Positions 11,901 to 24,547 of a DNA stretch of 64,000 nucleotides are shown here, piece after piece. Position numbers and translations under genes: made by a program. This stretch comes from Mizuhopecten yessoensis (lineage: Eukaryota), in the NCBI RefSeq assembly GCF_002113885.1, contig NW_018408880.1:1728966-1792965 (forward strand), in the 5' to 3' direction. Below the pieces are notes generated by a model. It did not search any database. It was given only the letters and a program-made list of their open reading frames with translations, and had not been told where the DNA came from. Each line of letters starts with the position of its first letter. The stretch's first letter is position 1.

Positions 11901-14900
11901 TGAAAGATAAGCTGTTGATTTTCAAATAATCTATTTTGAAGTTTGTCCTCATAAGCTTGCTTGTACAGTGGTTAGGTTGAAATCTAAGAAATTAATCAGA
12001 AAAAAATATGTATGTATATTGACATTATGAAATATGCATTTAAAGTATATTTTCCCTACTCTTTCAATTTTCTTTTCATGAAGGTACCAATTTTATTATA
12101 AAAAAAAAATCATTGAAACATGTACTTCAGTCTTTTAAACTTGCGTGAACACTGCAGTGCACTGGAATTAACATTATTGTTCACTGGAGTTAACAATGTA
12201 GTGAACTGGAGTTAACAATGTAGTGAACTGGAGTGCACTACAAGGTGCACTAGGTACCAAGTTAAGTTTGCTCCCAACTTTAAATGTAGTTGTGCTGAAA
12301 AAAGTGTCGGCAGCAAGCTGTAGTAAGTGTTTCAACATTGGGTACTGGGCCTTAGCAGCCTGTTTGGTAAAAACTAATTGGTACTGTTAGTGTTCCTCAC
12401 GACTCCAACATACACAAATTGCACCGACTCTCCCTTTAGATCTGGTGAAATTTAAAAGTGATTCTGTATACCAGGAATTTTTTTTCGCCCAGTCAAACTT
12501 TGGCCCTTCACCAGAATAATCCATATTCACCACAGTGCTAATTTCGCCTTCACATTTAATAACTAAATGTATCCATGTTATATTTTGTTTACTAATGTTC
12601 ACTTTAGTGATAAATTCACCTTCATTGCGGCCGGCAAAACAGGTGAGAATTAAAGTGCAGCGAAAATTTCCCATGCTTGGGCTACAAATAATGTTAGCCC
12701 ACCAGCTATGTGGCCATCGACCTCCTGTTATACTTTCAATTGTGTCCCACCAAAGCAAAGGTGGTATATAGGGATCGCTCTAATGGTATTGGCATTGGCA
12801 ATCTGCATAAATGGTTTCCTTACCGTAACATTTGAAAGAATGCGTTAATTTCAGGGAACTTTCTATGAAGACATAGATACACATGTAATATCATTAACCA
12901 GTTTGTATTCTCGGCCAAATCTAAAAACCAGTATACTCACATTCATGGAATTCTTGTTCATTTGTATGAGTGGTTTATAGAATAAGAGCTTCTATGGTTT
13001 GAAAGTTGATTGTTAACCTTTTTCTTGCCAGGTTGAATGCTCCGCTGCCGGACGAGGAGTACGAGGAGCGAGAGAAACACGCTAAGCTAATTGGACAATT
13101 GAAGTAAGTCTTGAATAGTTTCAACAAAGTTTCTATACAAGTCTTTAAAATTTCATTGATCATGTTTTATAATATTTTAAATTTAATTCATTCACATTGT
13201 AACCTACTGACAGTGTTCTCCCCAGCTGGTTTTTGATCCGCTATGGCACCTATTTTTAACCCTTCCATCACAGTGAAAAATTGGAAAATGGAAATTATCA
13301 CGTACAAATATATTCACATTTGACTTTTCAAATTATTCCTGGTGTATTGGCTCTACTACTGCCTTCATGATGTGTGTATTTGTTAACTATCTCAACACAA
13401 AATTTTCTGATTTCTGTTGTCTACGAAACTATGAAATTAATATGCAAATATAGATAAAAACAACAATATCTATGTTTTTGATATATATGCTTATGAATTA
13501 AGTATTAATCTTGTCCTAATTTAAAAAAAAAAAAATGGAGATTTTTTGCCTTACATCGTTGCTGTGTGAGAAATAAGTTGTTGTTTTAGACTTTGATTAA
13601 TTGTTGCTGGACTCTGATGATTAATTGTTGCTGGACTCTGATGATTAATTGTTGCTGGACTCTGATGATTAATTGTTGCTGGACTCTGATGTTTAATTGT
13701 TGCTGGACTCTGATGTTTAATTGTTGTTGGACTCTGATGATAAATTGTTGCTGGATTCTGATGTTTAATTGTTGCTGGACTCTGATGATTAATTGTTGCT
13801 GGACTCTGATGTAACGTACATTGCAATTGTGAATACATGTAAAATGGACAACCATACAACAGCTATAGTTTCAAACACTGATAACTTCTAAAAATGAAAT
13901 TGAAAGGCAGGAACAGGTTATGCTATACAAAGATTTCACAGCAAAATATCATAGGATCATTTAAACTAAGTGTTACTTTCTACATCCTATAATATTTTGG
14001 ATAATTTTATTTCAGAGCCGCTGAATCAAGAAATAGATTAAGGATCATGAGATTACGGTACCAATCAAATAGGGTAAGATATCACGCCTACCGTATTTAT
14101 CAGGCAATAAACCCATACCTGGTGATAAGCCCACTGATGGCTATTGCAGTTCAGTAGAAGAGCAAACAAATCATATTTCATTGTCCTGTAATAAGCCCAC
14201 CCCTACGTACTTACATCATCCTCAAAATTCCAGGGGTTGCCTTCAACTACGTTCTCTGCAGCCCTGGAATATGGCATAGCGAAATCAAAGGCTTAATCTG
14301 TATGCACCACCTTGTGGAAGTTACAAGAGGTCACTTCATAGCTAGCATAACAGTAAAGTTGAGCGGCTTTGATGTCAGTTGACAGTCCTCAGTAATTTAC
14401 AAAGAACAGGTATCAGCTTAACGATTGGTCAGGTTTTTATACTTGAAACCAAGAAAAAAATCAAAAAAATCTGGTGCTACTAAACTCATTCACCCCTGAA
14501 ATACCATGATGAACTAGTCCAGCCTTTAAATTGGAAGAGCTCAAATGTGTCTTCAGGGGTGAATGAGAAAATGTGGCTTTTGAGAGCAATATTTGAGTGT
14601 TTCATTTATTCAATATTTAGGTGCTTTTTCACAGATTCCAAAACAAACAAAAACTTGATTGTTAGTATATGTCAGTTAACAACCTAGTACAATATCACTT
14701 CCAGTAAAAGTCATCACCTGATATTCTAAATTCTGAATACACAATATCTCAGTTGTTATGAAAATTCATGGTTTATTATCATGGACTGAAACAGTAAATC
14801 TGTTTATTTTTTTAAACAATTCCAACATTTCATCACTTTTTCTTAGCTCACATTTCGTAGTTTTGAGGAATTTTGATGTGCATACAACGCTTATTGGCTT

Positions 14901-15654
14901 ACAACACAGCCACATTCTTGAACACTAATTTGAATTATGAAATAATAATACTGCAGCATGATTTTTATCTCATTTCATTACAACAGAGTCAAGAAATCAG
15001 TCATTTGATTGCGTGTCAGCCCACAGCTGCCAGGGCTGTACGGTTACAGGCTTTGGTTCCCTCGTACGCTGAACGCCGACAAAGGAAGGACACTCTGGAT
15101 AAGTTATCGGTGAGTACATAGCATTGAAGTCTTGTCTGGGGCACTAAACTGCCAGGTGCTTTAAATTTCAGGAAATATATAATTTAAAACCTGAATTCAT
15201 GTTTCATTAATTTGGGAACGATTTGTTCAAATAAAACTGTTAAGAAAAAATACAGAATTTGGCTGATTTGGTAATGTTTTTAAATGTTATCCAAATTTTC
15301 ACTCTTTTGGTAAATGAAAAATTGCCAAGGTAGTGGTTGAGAAACAGTAAATTGTTTTATTGTTTTACAAATTGAGGACCTTCAGCTGTTGATTTAAATA
15401 GTAAGGAGGATGTTTACTTTTTAACATTTAAATAGTTTCAGAATAAACAAGCTAAATGTAAAATTGTTGCCAATTGGAACGATTTTGAAAGATTATATTG
15501 GTATATATATCTTGTATAGATGTAAGTGGTATTTGCAAAATTTATTTCTATTTGTTAATAAAATGCACTTTGTACTGATGTTGTTTTACAGAGGGAGCGC
15601 TGTGAAAGGTTGCTGGAAGATTCTCAGGGATTGCTCGTGAACAGAATGCACTGA
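8980..15654 (+). CDS. LKAAEAR1: LKAAEAR motif-containing protein 1 homolog, 174 aa, 7 coding exons
   Basis: Exons 8980-8985 (MP), 10308-10427 (ENLPPID...ARNWQKKDVKKMHPQLRSKYLA), 11720-11802 (YEDPAKE...), 13032-13103 (...KLIGQLK), 14016-14073 (AAESRNRLRIMRLRYQSNR), 14987-15109 (SQEISHLIACQPTAARAVRLQALVP...DTLDKLS) and 15592-15654 (RERCERLLED...*). All GT-AG with consistent phases, 525 nt total. IGQLKAAESRNRLRIMRLRY matches the LKAAEAR family motif. Confidence 0.9.
10459..11482. mobile_element. ~1-kb non-autonomous DNA transposon with TTAA TSD (Kolobok-like termini)
   Basis: TTAA|GGATCCTTGTCCCACTG ... CAGGTGTTACCAGGATCC|TTAA: imperfect TIRs with TTAA on both sides; no transposase ORF. Confidence 0.6.
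10930..11000 (+). mobile_element. Degenerate tRNA-derived SINE head
   Basis: GGTAGCTGAGATTGGTAGAGC (A box/D arm) ... GGGTTAGAATCC (B box); resembles 2601-2680. Confidence 0.45.
12170..12240 (+). repeat. Short 22-bp tandem repeat (ACTGGAGTTAACAATGTAGTGA)
   Basis: About 3 copies in LKAAEAR1 intron 3. Confidence 0.7.
13595..13811 (+). repeat. 24-bp minisatellite (ATTAATTGTTGCTGGACTCTGATG) x9 in LKAAEAR1 intron 4
   Basis: Near-identical units; they generate 8-aa periodic pseudo-ORFs in three frames. Confidence 0.95.
14483..14567. mobile_element. MITE family A copy
   Basis: AACTCATTCACCCCTGAAA...TTCAGGGGTGAATGAG. Confidence 0.8.
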
Positions 15655-17070
15655 GTCCTTCAATTATTTTTGAGTAATTTTCATATTATTTCATCATCAT
15701 TTCATTTACTGTAGGATAAACTGACCAATGAGAATCAGAGTCACATGTGACCCAGTAAATATTCGGAGATGTATGTATAGTCAACTGGAAACACAATATA
15801 TCTGACATATTTATATATCTTTCTATTGAAATTATCTTTTTGTTCTGATGAAATAAGATTTGTTTGATCATGTAGGTAATTTTAGACACAATGGTACTGG
15901 CTACACTTTTTGAAGTTGTACACTTCAGCAGATTGCCTGTTGTTAAACAAAAATAGAGTAGATTAAGATGGTAATCATGTAGATTTTTGGGAGCAGGAAG
16001 GGGGGGGGGCATGGTTTTAATTGATATACATATTTGAATTGTTTAAACATGTTTGACAGTACGTTTTTATGTAGATCTACACATATTCACAACTGTTTAT
16101 ACATAGTGTGATATCATTAAAAATTTCTGATTTAATATTTCATTCACATATTTTGTTGTACAGTGCTTTTATTTTTTTTTCATCTATATGTAATATTTTG
16201 TAAATATCTTTGTATATAAGTTTGTGTATACAATTGTGTGCTGTCAGTTATGTTTTGATATTTTCCGCAGTATTGGATGTTATATTTTGTATCATTTAGA
16301 CAATATTTATACATATACATTGACCCTTTCTGTAATTAAACATGTTTTTATATACATTATATATACAACATCCACAAAGATTATTTGTTCCTTTTTGCTT
16401 ACATTGTAACTCTATTCTGTAGATGCCATGCCCAAAAACGTGCTAAACAAAATTAATTTCGTAGTTCTTGGCAATTTTGAAAACTACAAACAAGGCTTAT
16501 CTAATTCCGTGGTACAAACAAGCAGAATTATTTTACAAAAGTTTATGCAATTTTGATCAAATATGATGATGGAGATTTTTTTTATGGAAATCTGGCTGGA
16601 TTCAGGAGTTGCTTCCCTTATTTCATATTGAGGGCTTCTGTATGCCCTATGTATCTACCTGAAACCTAGAAGACAAAAACCTAACATTCCTCTACAGTTA
16701 CTGGACATTGGTAAAGCTCTTAACTCCTGAATTATAAATAAAAAGTCAGAATATTCATTAAATTATAGATATTGGTAAGAATACCAGCTTGTATTACTGC
16801 TGTTAATTGAAAGAAATACAATTCTTAATCAACAAAACATTTATTTGTACATGTATGTAAAAAAAAATCCTAGAAGTTTTCGAAAAGTAAAGGAAGTATT
16901 ATATAGATCACCTTTATAAGAAAAATATACCTGTTTCTCATCCTCACTAGAATTCCCATCCCCCTTAACCCCACCATTTCATGTTTTCAAAATGTTCATA
17001 CTTACTGTAGTTTATAGAACCATATATACAAAAGCTAAATTTAACTTCAAAATGATCAGATATATAGACC

Positions 17071-17341
17071 TGGGCCTGTATTCATTAAACCTTTCCTATG
17101 CTCAAGCATGAAGTCTGTGCTCAAGCCAACTTCGTTTCTAGTTACTTGCTTATATCATGTTACATGGTCCTAAAGGCAAGTGTAAACATTGAAAACAGGA
17201 TTTGGCTTTACGTCTCTCAAAATGCTTCCATTACATGGACAAAATGTAATTTTATTATTAATTTATGACAGTAAAAAGATATTGGACTTGCGCACAGAAA
17301 CAGGGTTTGAGCATGAGAACGGTTTCATGAATACGGGCCCA
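17071..17341. mobile_element. MITE with GGGCC...GGCCC termini (PIF/Harbinger-like)
   Basis: TGGGCCTGTATTCATTAAACC...ATGCTCAA versus TTGAGCAT...GGTTTCATGAATACGGGCCCA; imperfect TIR of ~50 bp. Confidence 0.7.
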
Positions 17342-17474
17342 GTATATGTGAATAGTCACTAAATCCGTCCAGGAATGCTGCAATATTAATGAAAATGATT
17401 TCTTAAACTCCAAAGGGGACATGCTAAACACCAGGCCCCAGTTACTTGAAGGTTGGTTAGAGTTATACAACTGG

Positions 17475-17562
17475 TTAACTCATTCACCCCTGAAAACACA
17501 TTTGAACCCTTCCAATCCAAAGGTTGGAATAGTTCATTATGAAATTTCAGGGATAAATTAGT
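17475..17562. mobile_element. MITE family A copy (reverse orientation)
   Basis: TTAACTCATTCACCCCTGAAAACACATTTGAAC...TTTCAGGG. Confidence 0.75.
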
Positions 17563-18990
17563 TTCAACTTAAAAAAAAAATAAAATTGTGTTACAACTTG
17601 AGTAATCACAAAAGAGCAAGCTTATGTTTTTGACACATGCTTATTTGTTTAATACATGTATGTTGTATTAATTTCAACATCAAAGCAATTAAGTAAAACG
17701 AACTAGACAAATTGGCAGCGACTTTATGACATTTACAGTTTACATAAGGTATTTCAGAAATCATTTTCACTTTTGGGGGGCTTGTGCAAAGACTGCAGGC
17801 CATGGTGCATATAGGCTAATTCTGTACATAGTTAAATAACACAGACGTCCCATTTAGGACTTACCTGTGTAGAAAGTAGTCGAGATTTGTAGCTAGAATT
17901 ATATAACCTTCCATTGTTATATTATTTACCTTGCTATATCTTACTATAACAAAGTGAATATTTTATATGTGTAATTTAAAGTACCCTACATACATGTACT
18001 GCATACTTTCCAACCCTCCCTATTTAGGAGGGAGACTCCCGATTTTGGACCCTTAAATTTAGTATTTTCAACCAGTGAATTTGCTAAACTGTTCCTATAT
18101 TCTAAGATCTAATGATTTCATCTGAAAGAGCAACTCAAAATATGTCATTTTAAAGGGTTCTTTTGTATCTATTAGGGATGCATACACACATTTTATTTAT
18201 GTTTTTATTTTGAGCATGCAGAATCTCCCCCATGGAAATTTAAACAAGTTGGCAAGTATGGTACTGTTTAAATTTTCGACCATGTATGTTAAAGGCAGAT
18301 ACACATACGATTAATGTGTACAGATTACTGCATTTCGGAAAATTATTTATGTCATTTGCATAGAAAATCGTGTTGATTATACTGCAGTGAAATGAACTCT
18401 ATATACAGTACAAATTATGCAAGTACCCATTAAGGTAGAGTCTCACCACTTTTCTATGTTATACAGGAAAGAATAGTTATTTTCATGTTATTTTCTCAAT
18501 ATTCATAGAAAATCATTTGTACAATGTGTCATTGTATTCAGGGTTTTTTAGGAGTTAAAAAAAATTGAAACAATTCCCAGTAATCGGAATAAGACATTTA
18601 AGGTAATACTGAACTCGACCAAGGTATAAACAGATCTTGGACCAAGATTTGAGTGTTTTTTGTGTGTTTTACATGTATACAGATAATTCTTTTTCATCAT
18701 GATGTCATTAGAAATTGTACATTTATGTTTACATGATGACTATATGTTTTGGAGTTTGTAGACAAATATTGTAGATCAAATTGTTTTGTTATTTAGGAAC
18801 TGTGTTATTACTACTAATTAAAAAAAAGTGGAAAAATGTATCATAGAGATCATCATCATATAATTATAGTATGATATATATTATTATATTATGTTACGTT
18901 ACATGGCATTATATAATTAACTGGGTATATCTATGTGATCTTATAAAAATATCATAATCTATAATTGCCTAGGTGTTTTCAAGTGCTAAA

Positions 18991-19081
18991 TTAACTCATT
19001 CACCCCTGAAGTTTCATAATGAGCTATTTCAAACTTTGAATAGGAGGAGTTCAAATGTGTATTCAGGGGTATATGAGTTAA
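18991..19081. mobile_element. MITE family A copy
   Basis: TTAACTCATTCACCCCTGAAG...TTCAGGGGTATATGAGTTAA. Confidence 0.8.
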
Positions 19082-19132
19082 GCTTTCACCTAGATCATGT
19101 GAAGACTGGTAGATATCAAGCTACAATGTACA

Positions 19133-19313
19133 TATCCCGTCTTTTCGTATTACAGAGTTATCTGCTCCTGTGAGCAGTTATTGAATGTTACGTTATTTGT
19201 ATGTGAGAGTAACATCATGGATTTTTGAGAAAACGAAATAATTTTCTCGATGATGTAACAATCAATAACTGCTCACAAGAGCAGATACCTCTGCAATACG
19301 AAAAGACGGAATA
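19133..19313. mobile_element. ~180-bp foldback MITE (family C), TA-flanked
   Basis: TATCCCGTCTTTTCGTATTACAGAG...TGTGAGCAG versus CTGCTCACA...CTCTGCAATACGAAAAGACGGAATA; ~60-bp TIRs; second copy at 29034. Confidence 0.85.
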
Positions 19314-19606
19314 CCGATAGTAGATTTGTTTTTGATTGTGCGGCGTGACTGTTATGGAATTTGTTTTACCTGCTATAAAAGAAACATTTTTTTGGATTTT
19401 TTTTTTACATATGTATATATATAATTTCACTGTTGAAATATATCAGTTAGCATAGTGTTTAGATATTTGAAGTCTGTTTAAGGGAGGTTCACTTTGTATT
19501 GATAGTTGAATACTTTTTCTATACAGACTTACCTTCCCACAGTGTAATTATAGCATGTCATATCATAATACTTTGTTTCGTATGTTAACATTGTTGTATT
19601 TCATCA

Positions 19607-19697
19607 TTAACTCATTTACCCCTGAAATTTCATAATGAACTCTTCAAACCTTTGAATTGGAAGGGTTCAAATGTGTCTCTAGGGGTGAATGAGTTAA
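19607..19697. mobile_element. MITE family A copy
   Basis: TTAACTCATTTACCCCT...AGGGGTGAATGAGTTAA. Confidence 0.85.
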
Positions 19698-20525
19698 CTC
19701 ACAATCATTAGAAGATATGTATTATTAAGGTTTTAGATAATTGCTGTGATCAGTTTCTCTGGGTGATAGCTATATAGAAATTGTAGGGACATTATAATAT
19801 AATCATGAGGATAGTTTGATCAACATGTATTGTAAATTTATTGTGATATTCTCTAATATATATCGTACACTGCCATTACATGCATTGTACACACTACTCC
19901 ATAGTGATACAAATAAATGAATGTCTAGCTTCTCTTTGACTAAATCAACCTTGATTACATGTTTGCTTAAGAAAATATGTATATTTTTAATAGAAGGAGC
20001 AGTCTGAATATCCTATGTAGACTTTTTGTTAAGTAATAGCTACATTTTAAAACAAGGAAAATAAACATAATGCAAAGGTCAATGCTGATCAGGAAACAGG
20101 AAAATGTTCATGTACTAAATGGGATGTTAATTGGTCCCAATCTGCCATAAAATTGAGCTGAAATACAATACATGTACATGTACTTACATTATTAGGTGAG
20201 CGACTGAAGCTTAAACTATGGGATCATGCAAAACCATTGTAAATTTGACAATGTTTTTGCAATTTTCCATTTGCATGCAAAATAACCCAGGACATTTACA
20301 TTTGCACCTACATATGTTGTAATACTTTATAGAACATGTAGTCAATAATTTGTTTGACAAAATAAAAGTATCACATATCTTTTCTTTGTTATTATATTTC
20401 CCTGTTTAATTACTTGGGAGTACAAATATTTAACTGTAATTCAATGCACGTTTGATTAAGCTCGCCTACCCGTGGTACAGCATCCCTTGTACATCCCTCT
20501 GCTCTTCCTCAATGGACATTTACTT

Positions 20526-20615
20526 TAACTCATTCAACCCTGAAATTTTATAATAAACTCTCCCAACCTCTGAAATGGAAGAGTTCAGATGTGTCTTCAG
20601 GGGTGACTGAGTTAA
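20526..20615. mobile_element. MITE family A copy
   Basis: TTAACTCATTCAACCCTGAA...TTCAGGGGTGACTGAGTTAA. Confidence 0.8.
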
Positions 20616-20859
20616 GCAACATATTTTAAAGAACCAAAAGGCCTATTGTCATGTTATTAGGCATGTAGTTTCCTGGAATGGTGTCTATGAAAGTCTGCCA
20701 ATCAACTTACCTTGAACTACTGTCAGTGTCACAGGAGTCAAATATGTAAAAAAAAAAAACTTCAAACGGCTTCTTTTGAAGAACCAAAAGGCCCAGAATC
20801 ATGATGACAGAACAAAGTTTGAGAATATTACGTTGGGGCTTCCTAAGATTGAGTCAAAC

Positions 20860-21351
20860 ACATCCACCGTTTATACAACATTGAATCCCCTTGGTCTAAG
20901 GATGCTTCAGACCAAATTGGGACGAAATCCCTTAATCCCTATGGTAGAAGAAGGATTTCAAAGGCTTACCTCTATTTCCCCTATTCGGCCCCATCCTTCT
21001 GCCCCCAGTGGGGCCACACGGTTTATACAATATTGAGTCCCCTACCCCCAAGGATGATCCAGACCATATTAGGATAAAAAAAAAACCCCTAATTCCTACA
21101 GTAGAAGAAGGATTTTACAGGTTTTACCTCTATTTCCCCTATTGGGCCCCACCTACCTGCCCCAAGGGGGCCACACCCACCGTTTATACAAAATTGAGTC
21201 CCCTTGGCCTAAGGATGCTCCAGACCAAATTTAGTCCTAATCTAATTGGCCGTTCCGGACAAGTAACGTTTTAAAGGAAAAGTTGACGGACGGACGACAG
21301 ACGCTGCGCCATGGCATAACCTCACTTGGCCTTCGGCCAGGTGAGCTAAAA
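20860..21351 (-). mobile_element. Truncated Helentron/HINE-like element nested in an older TGACC-type repeat array (~20625-21960)
   Basis: Ends in GACGGACGGACG...GGCCTTCGGCCAGGTGAGCTAAAA, the reverse complement of the 5' end at 29949. Its ~155-bp units match the 30080-31700 core; the flanks carry GAAGAACCAAAAGGC/GGTCAAA units like the 42600-43580 core. Confidence 0.75.
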
Positions 21352-22759
21352 ATGACCTCGACCGACTTTTAATGCCACAGGGGTGAAATAAGTAATAAAT
21401 TTCAAACCATTTCTTTTGAAGAACCAAAAGGCATAAAGTCATGATAAGCTAGACAAAGATAGAGAACTGCTTGGATCTACCTTTTAGGTCACAGAGGTCA
21501 AACGTCCTAAATTTTAGGAAGAACAGAACAGCCTAGAATTATTTTAGACAAGAATCTTGCCCAACAAAGTTTAGGAATAAAAAATACCTTGATCAACTTT
21601 CAAAGTCACAATAGTCAAATATATCAAAAACTTAAAATGACATCTTCTGAAGAACCAAAAGGCCTACGATTATGATATTTTGCTGGTTGCTTTCTTTGAT
21701 GGAGCCCAACAAAGGTTACAAATGAAACTGCCTTTAAAGGTCACAGGGGTCAAATACTTTGAAAACGTCAAACAACTTCTGATAAACGGAAATGCCTAGG
21801 GTGATTATATTAGGGCCGTAGCATGCTTTATAAATTATGTCTGTCAAATTTTTGGTGACACATTTTCATGTTTACAGAGGTCAAATGTTTTTGACATTTT
21901 CAAGTATCCCTACAACGCACAGGATCCATTGTTTTGGGATCACACGATTGTGCAAGTGAGTTGTTGCTATTGGTCTTTACATTTTCAACATCTTCTTCAG
22001 AACCAAATAACTGATTGACTTCAAATTTCAATTAGTTTACATTCCTTATGGTGTCCCAATCAATTGGTCTTTTTTTTCTCAAGCATATCCGATTGGCTGA
22101 ATCATTTTGACTCCCTCTCAAGAATGGCTTTCTCGACTGACTACATTTGGTACACATGACCACCATTGCGTCTGATTTGCGGAGACATTTTCAAATTCTT
22201 CTCAAGAGCGGTTGTATCGATTGACGCAAGATTTGGTACAAATAATATTACTTGCATTTCCGATCCGAAACATCAATATGCTTAATATTGTCTCCTATTT
22301 AATTGCTGAGGCATTTTCGATTAGGACTCCTGTGAGGATTAATGCCCATTCTGGCGCCTTAATTGTTTCTTTTTTCGAGTGCATAGAGTTTGAAGCACAT
22401 TCTAATGTCAGATTTCTAAACATCAACTTACAGATAAATAAGTGTTTTAACTTTAGTAATTTTTTATGTTCTGCCTAGGAGGTAGAATTTTGAGAATGTC
22501 GTTTCAGAACTAAGCACGGAGTGCAAATATGCGAGACCGATCTAACGGGAGTACTAGTGCTCCACACTGGGAACATGAAGAGGTGAAAGAAAAATATGGC
22601 ATGTACACTTACGTTAACATTGATCAAATATTTTATTAAGAAACTACTAATGTCGAAAACACTTACTGAATGACCCTGGGTCAAACAAAATCGACTTTTT
22701 TTGTTGTGTTTATCAGATGTGACATGTATGTCAATATTCTATTTTTAATTGGAAATGAA

Positions 22760-22878
22760 ACTGCGACATGCGTATCTTTTTCATTACAATCAATATAATA
22801 CTGCGCATGCGTGTTTCACAATTTACACGTGTTCATGATGTGTATCTGTACTCGTCTTAACGAAACACAAAGGTAAGT
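22760..22878 (+). promoter_or_regulatory. Candidate promoter and non-coding first exon of the qtc-like gene
   Basis: NRF1-like TGCGCATGCGT at 22802 and a strong donor AAG|GTAAGT at 22872/22873, upstream of the acceptor TTTCAG at 24516. Confidence 0.45.
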
Positions 22879-24547
22879 GGAAACATATTTCGATTACACG
22901 GCGTCAGAGCGAAACTTACCGGCTTAAAAAACGTTACCTGCAGATAGGATTACAAAACTTAACAATGAAACGACTGTTTATTTATGCAATTCTCTCTTAA
23001 TTATTTGCGCTATAATTTAATAATTAATCATTGACATGTCGTTTAGATTATAGGTATGTTTCTTATAAATTGATTTGTTATAACCATATATTAGATCAAA
23101 GATCGTGTACATGTAGTTTCAAATTGTAGAAAATAGCAGAAGAAAACATATGTCAGGGGATACACTAGAATGAGAGAAGCTTTGTAGTCAAAAATAGTCG
23201 AGCAAGTGAATGATAAATATCTCAAGTTAACATCGAATGGTATGGGGTACGTACTGGGGGTAGAACGCCATATCTGCTTTGTGAATTATAATCTCTGCTG
23301 GCCTTCTTTGCGTTGACCCCCATTCAATAGAAGACGGGTCGTGCAAAGGCCTATGATTAATAGCAAATGCAGGATATTTGACGTCCCTTCCACTAGATGA
23401 GAAACCTTTTAACATTAGTGTACACGTAAACGAATGTAAGCGCAATTCGTATTTTCTGCACCCCCCCCCCACACANCTGCCACACACAAACGCCTTCTGT
23501 TTCATCCCCGAAGAGTCCTAGAAGAGCGAAACAGATTCATTATGCAGTGTAAATCATTTCTGACATACTGTATGTACTTCTATATTTTAAAGGTACGTTA
23601 ATCTTTTAACATATTGAACTGCTAAGTTTTAGAATGAATTTTGTGAGTCACCATACGTGATTTGACAAATTGAATTATCACTGATGTAAGTCTGTTCAAC
23701 AGTGGCATACAATTTTTATCTTAAACATTCCAGGTGTTTTTCGACCCCAGCAACACGATTTAAGACCTCATTTTAAATAACAATTTATGTGACAAACATT
23801 TTAATAATCTAAACATGTTTTAAAATGTAAACGATTTGCTTTGTATTGAAAGAATACAATATGCTAGCGACACGAGACTTATTTAAATGTAGCATGTTCT
23901 AGCTTACTTTTGCGTACCTGTTCATTTCCTTTCTATACCAGAACACAAGGTATGCAGTTTTACCTGTATATATTACGTAGTCATGCTACGTCAGATCCGG
24001 GTAACGCTGTTCTCGAACCACTTAAGTAACAGGTGTCTTTGTGTTCTCGGCAATATCATTTTATCACAGTGAATCAGTGGAAATGAGACTTCAATATTGA
24101 CCGCGGTACTACTAGGTGTAATACTGTTAAGAAATTGGATATTTACATATATTGATTAGGACATATAAACGCCAGCTGGTGCATTGAACAATAAAACTAC
24201 ACGATGGCGTCTTATTGTTTTTTTACAAGTAATAGCTACAGCAACATTGATTTTGATAATCCTGAATTTATGTTGTTAACGTGTGCTCAGTACTTATCTG
24301 CAGCTATATTTAACAGCGACATAAGTCAGCTCTGCTTGGACGCCATACTGTCGACATCATCAACTAAGACTCGAGAAAGCTCTTTCGCTGATATACAGCT
24401 ACTGAAAAGCCGTGAGAACTTAATTATTCCGTAAATTTATTATGTAAATATGTTGGTTCCAATATTTACTTCATCCACTTCATGTAAAATCAATGTTTAT
24501 CTTCGACTTATTTCAGAAACAAAATGAACTGAAACAGATTATCTAAG

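Noticed and set aside
13551-13859. Periodic ORFs (HQSPATIN, RVQQQLII, INCCWTLM)
   Set aside because: Translations of a 24-bp intronic minisatellite.
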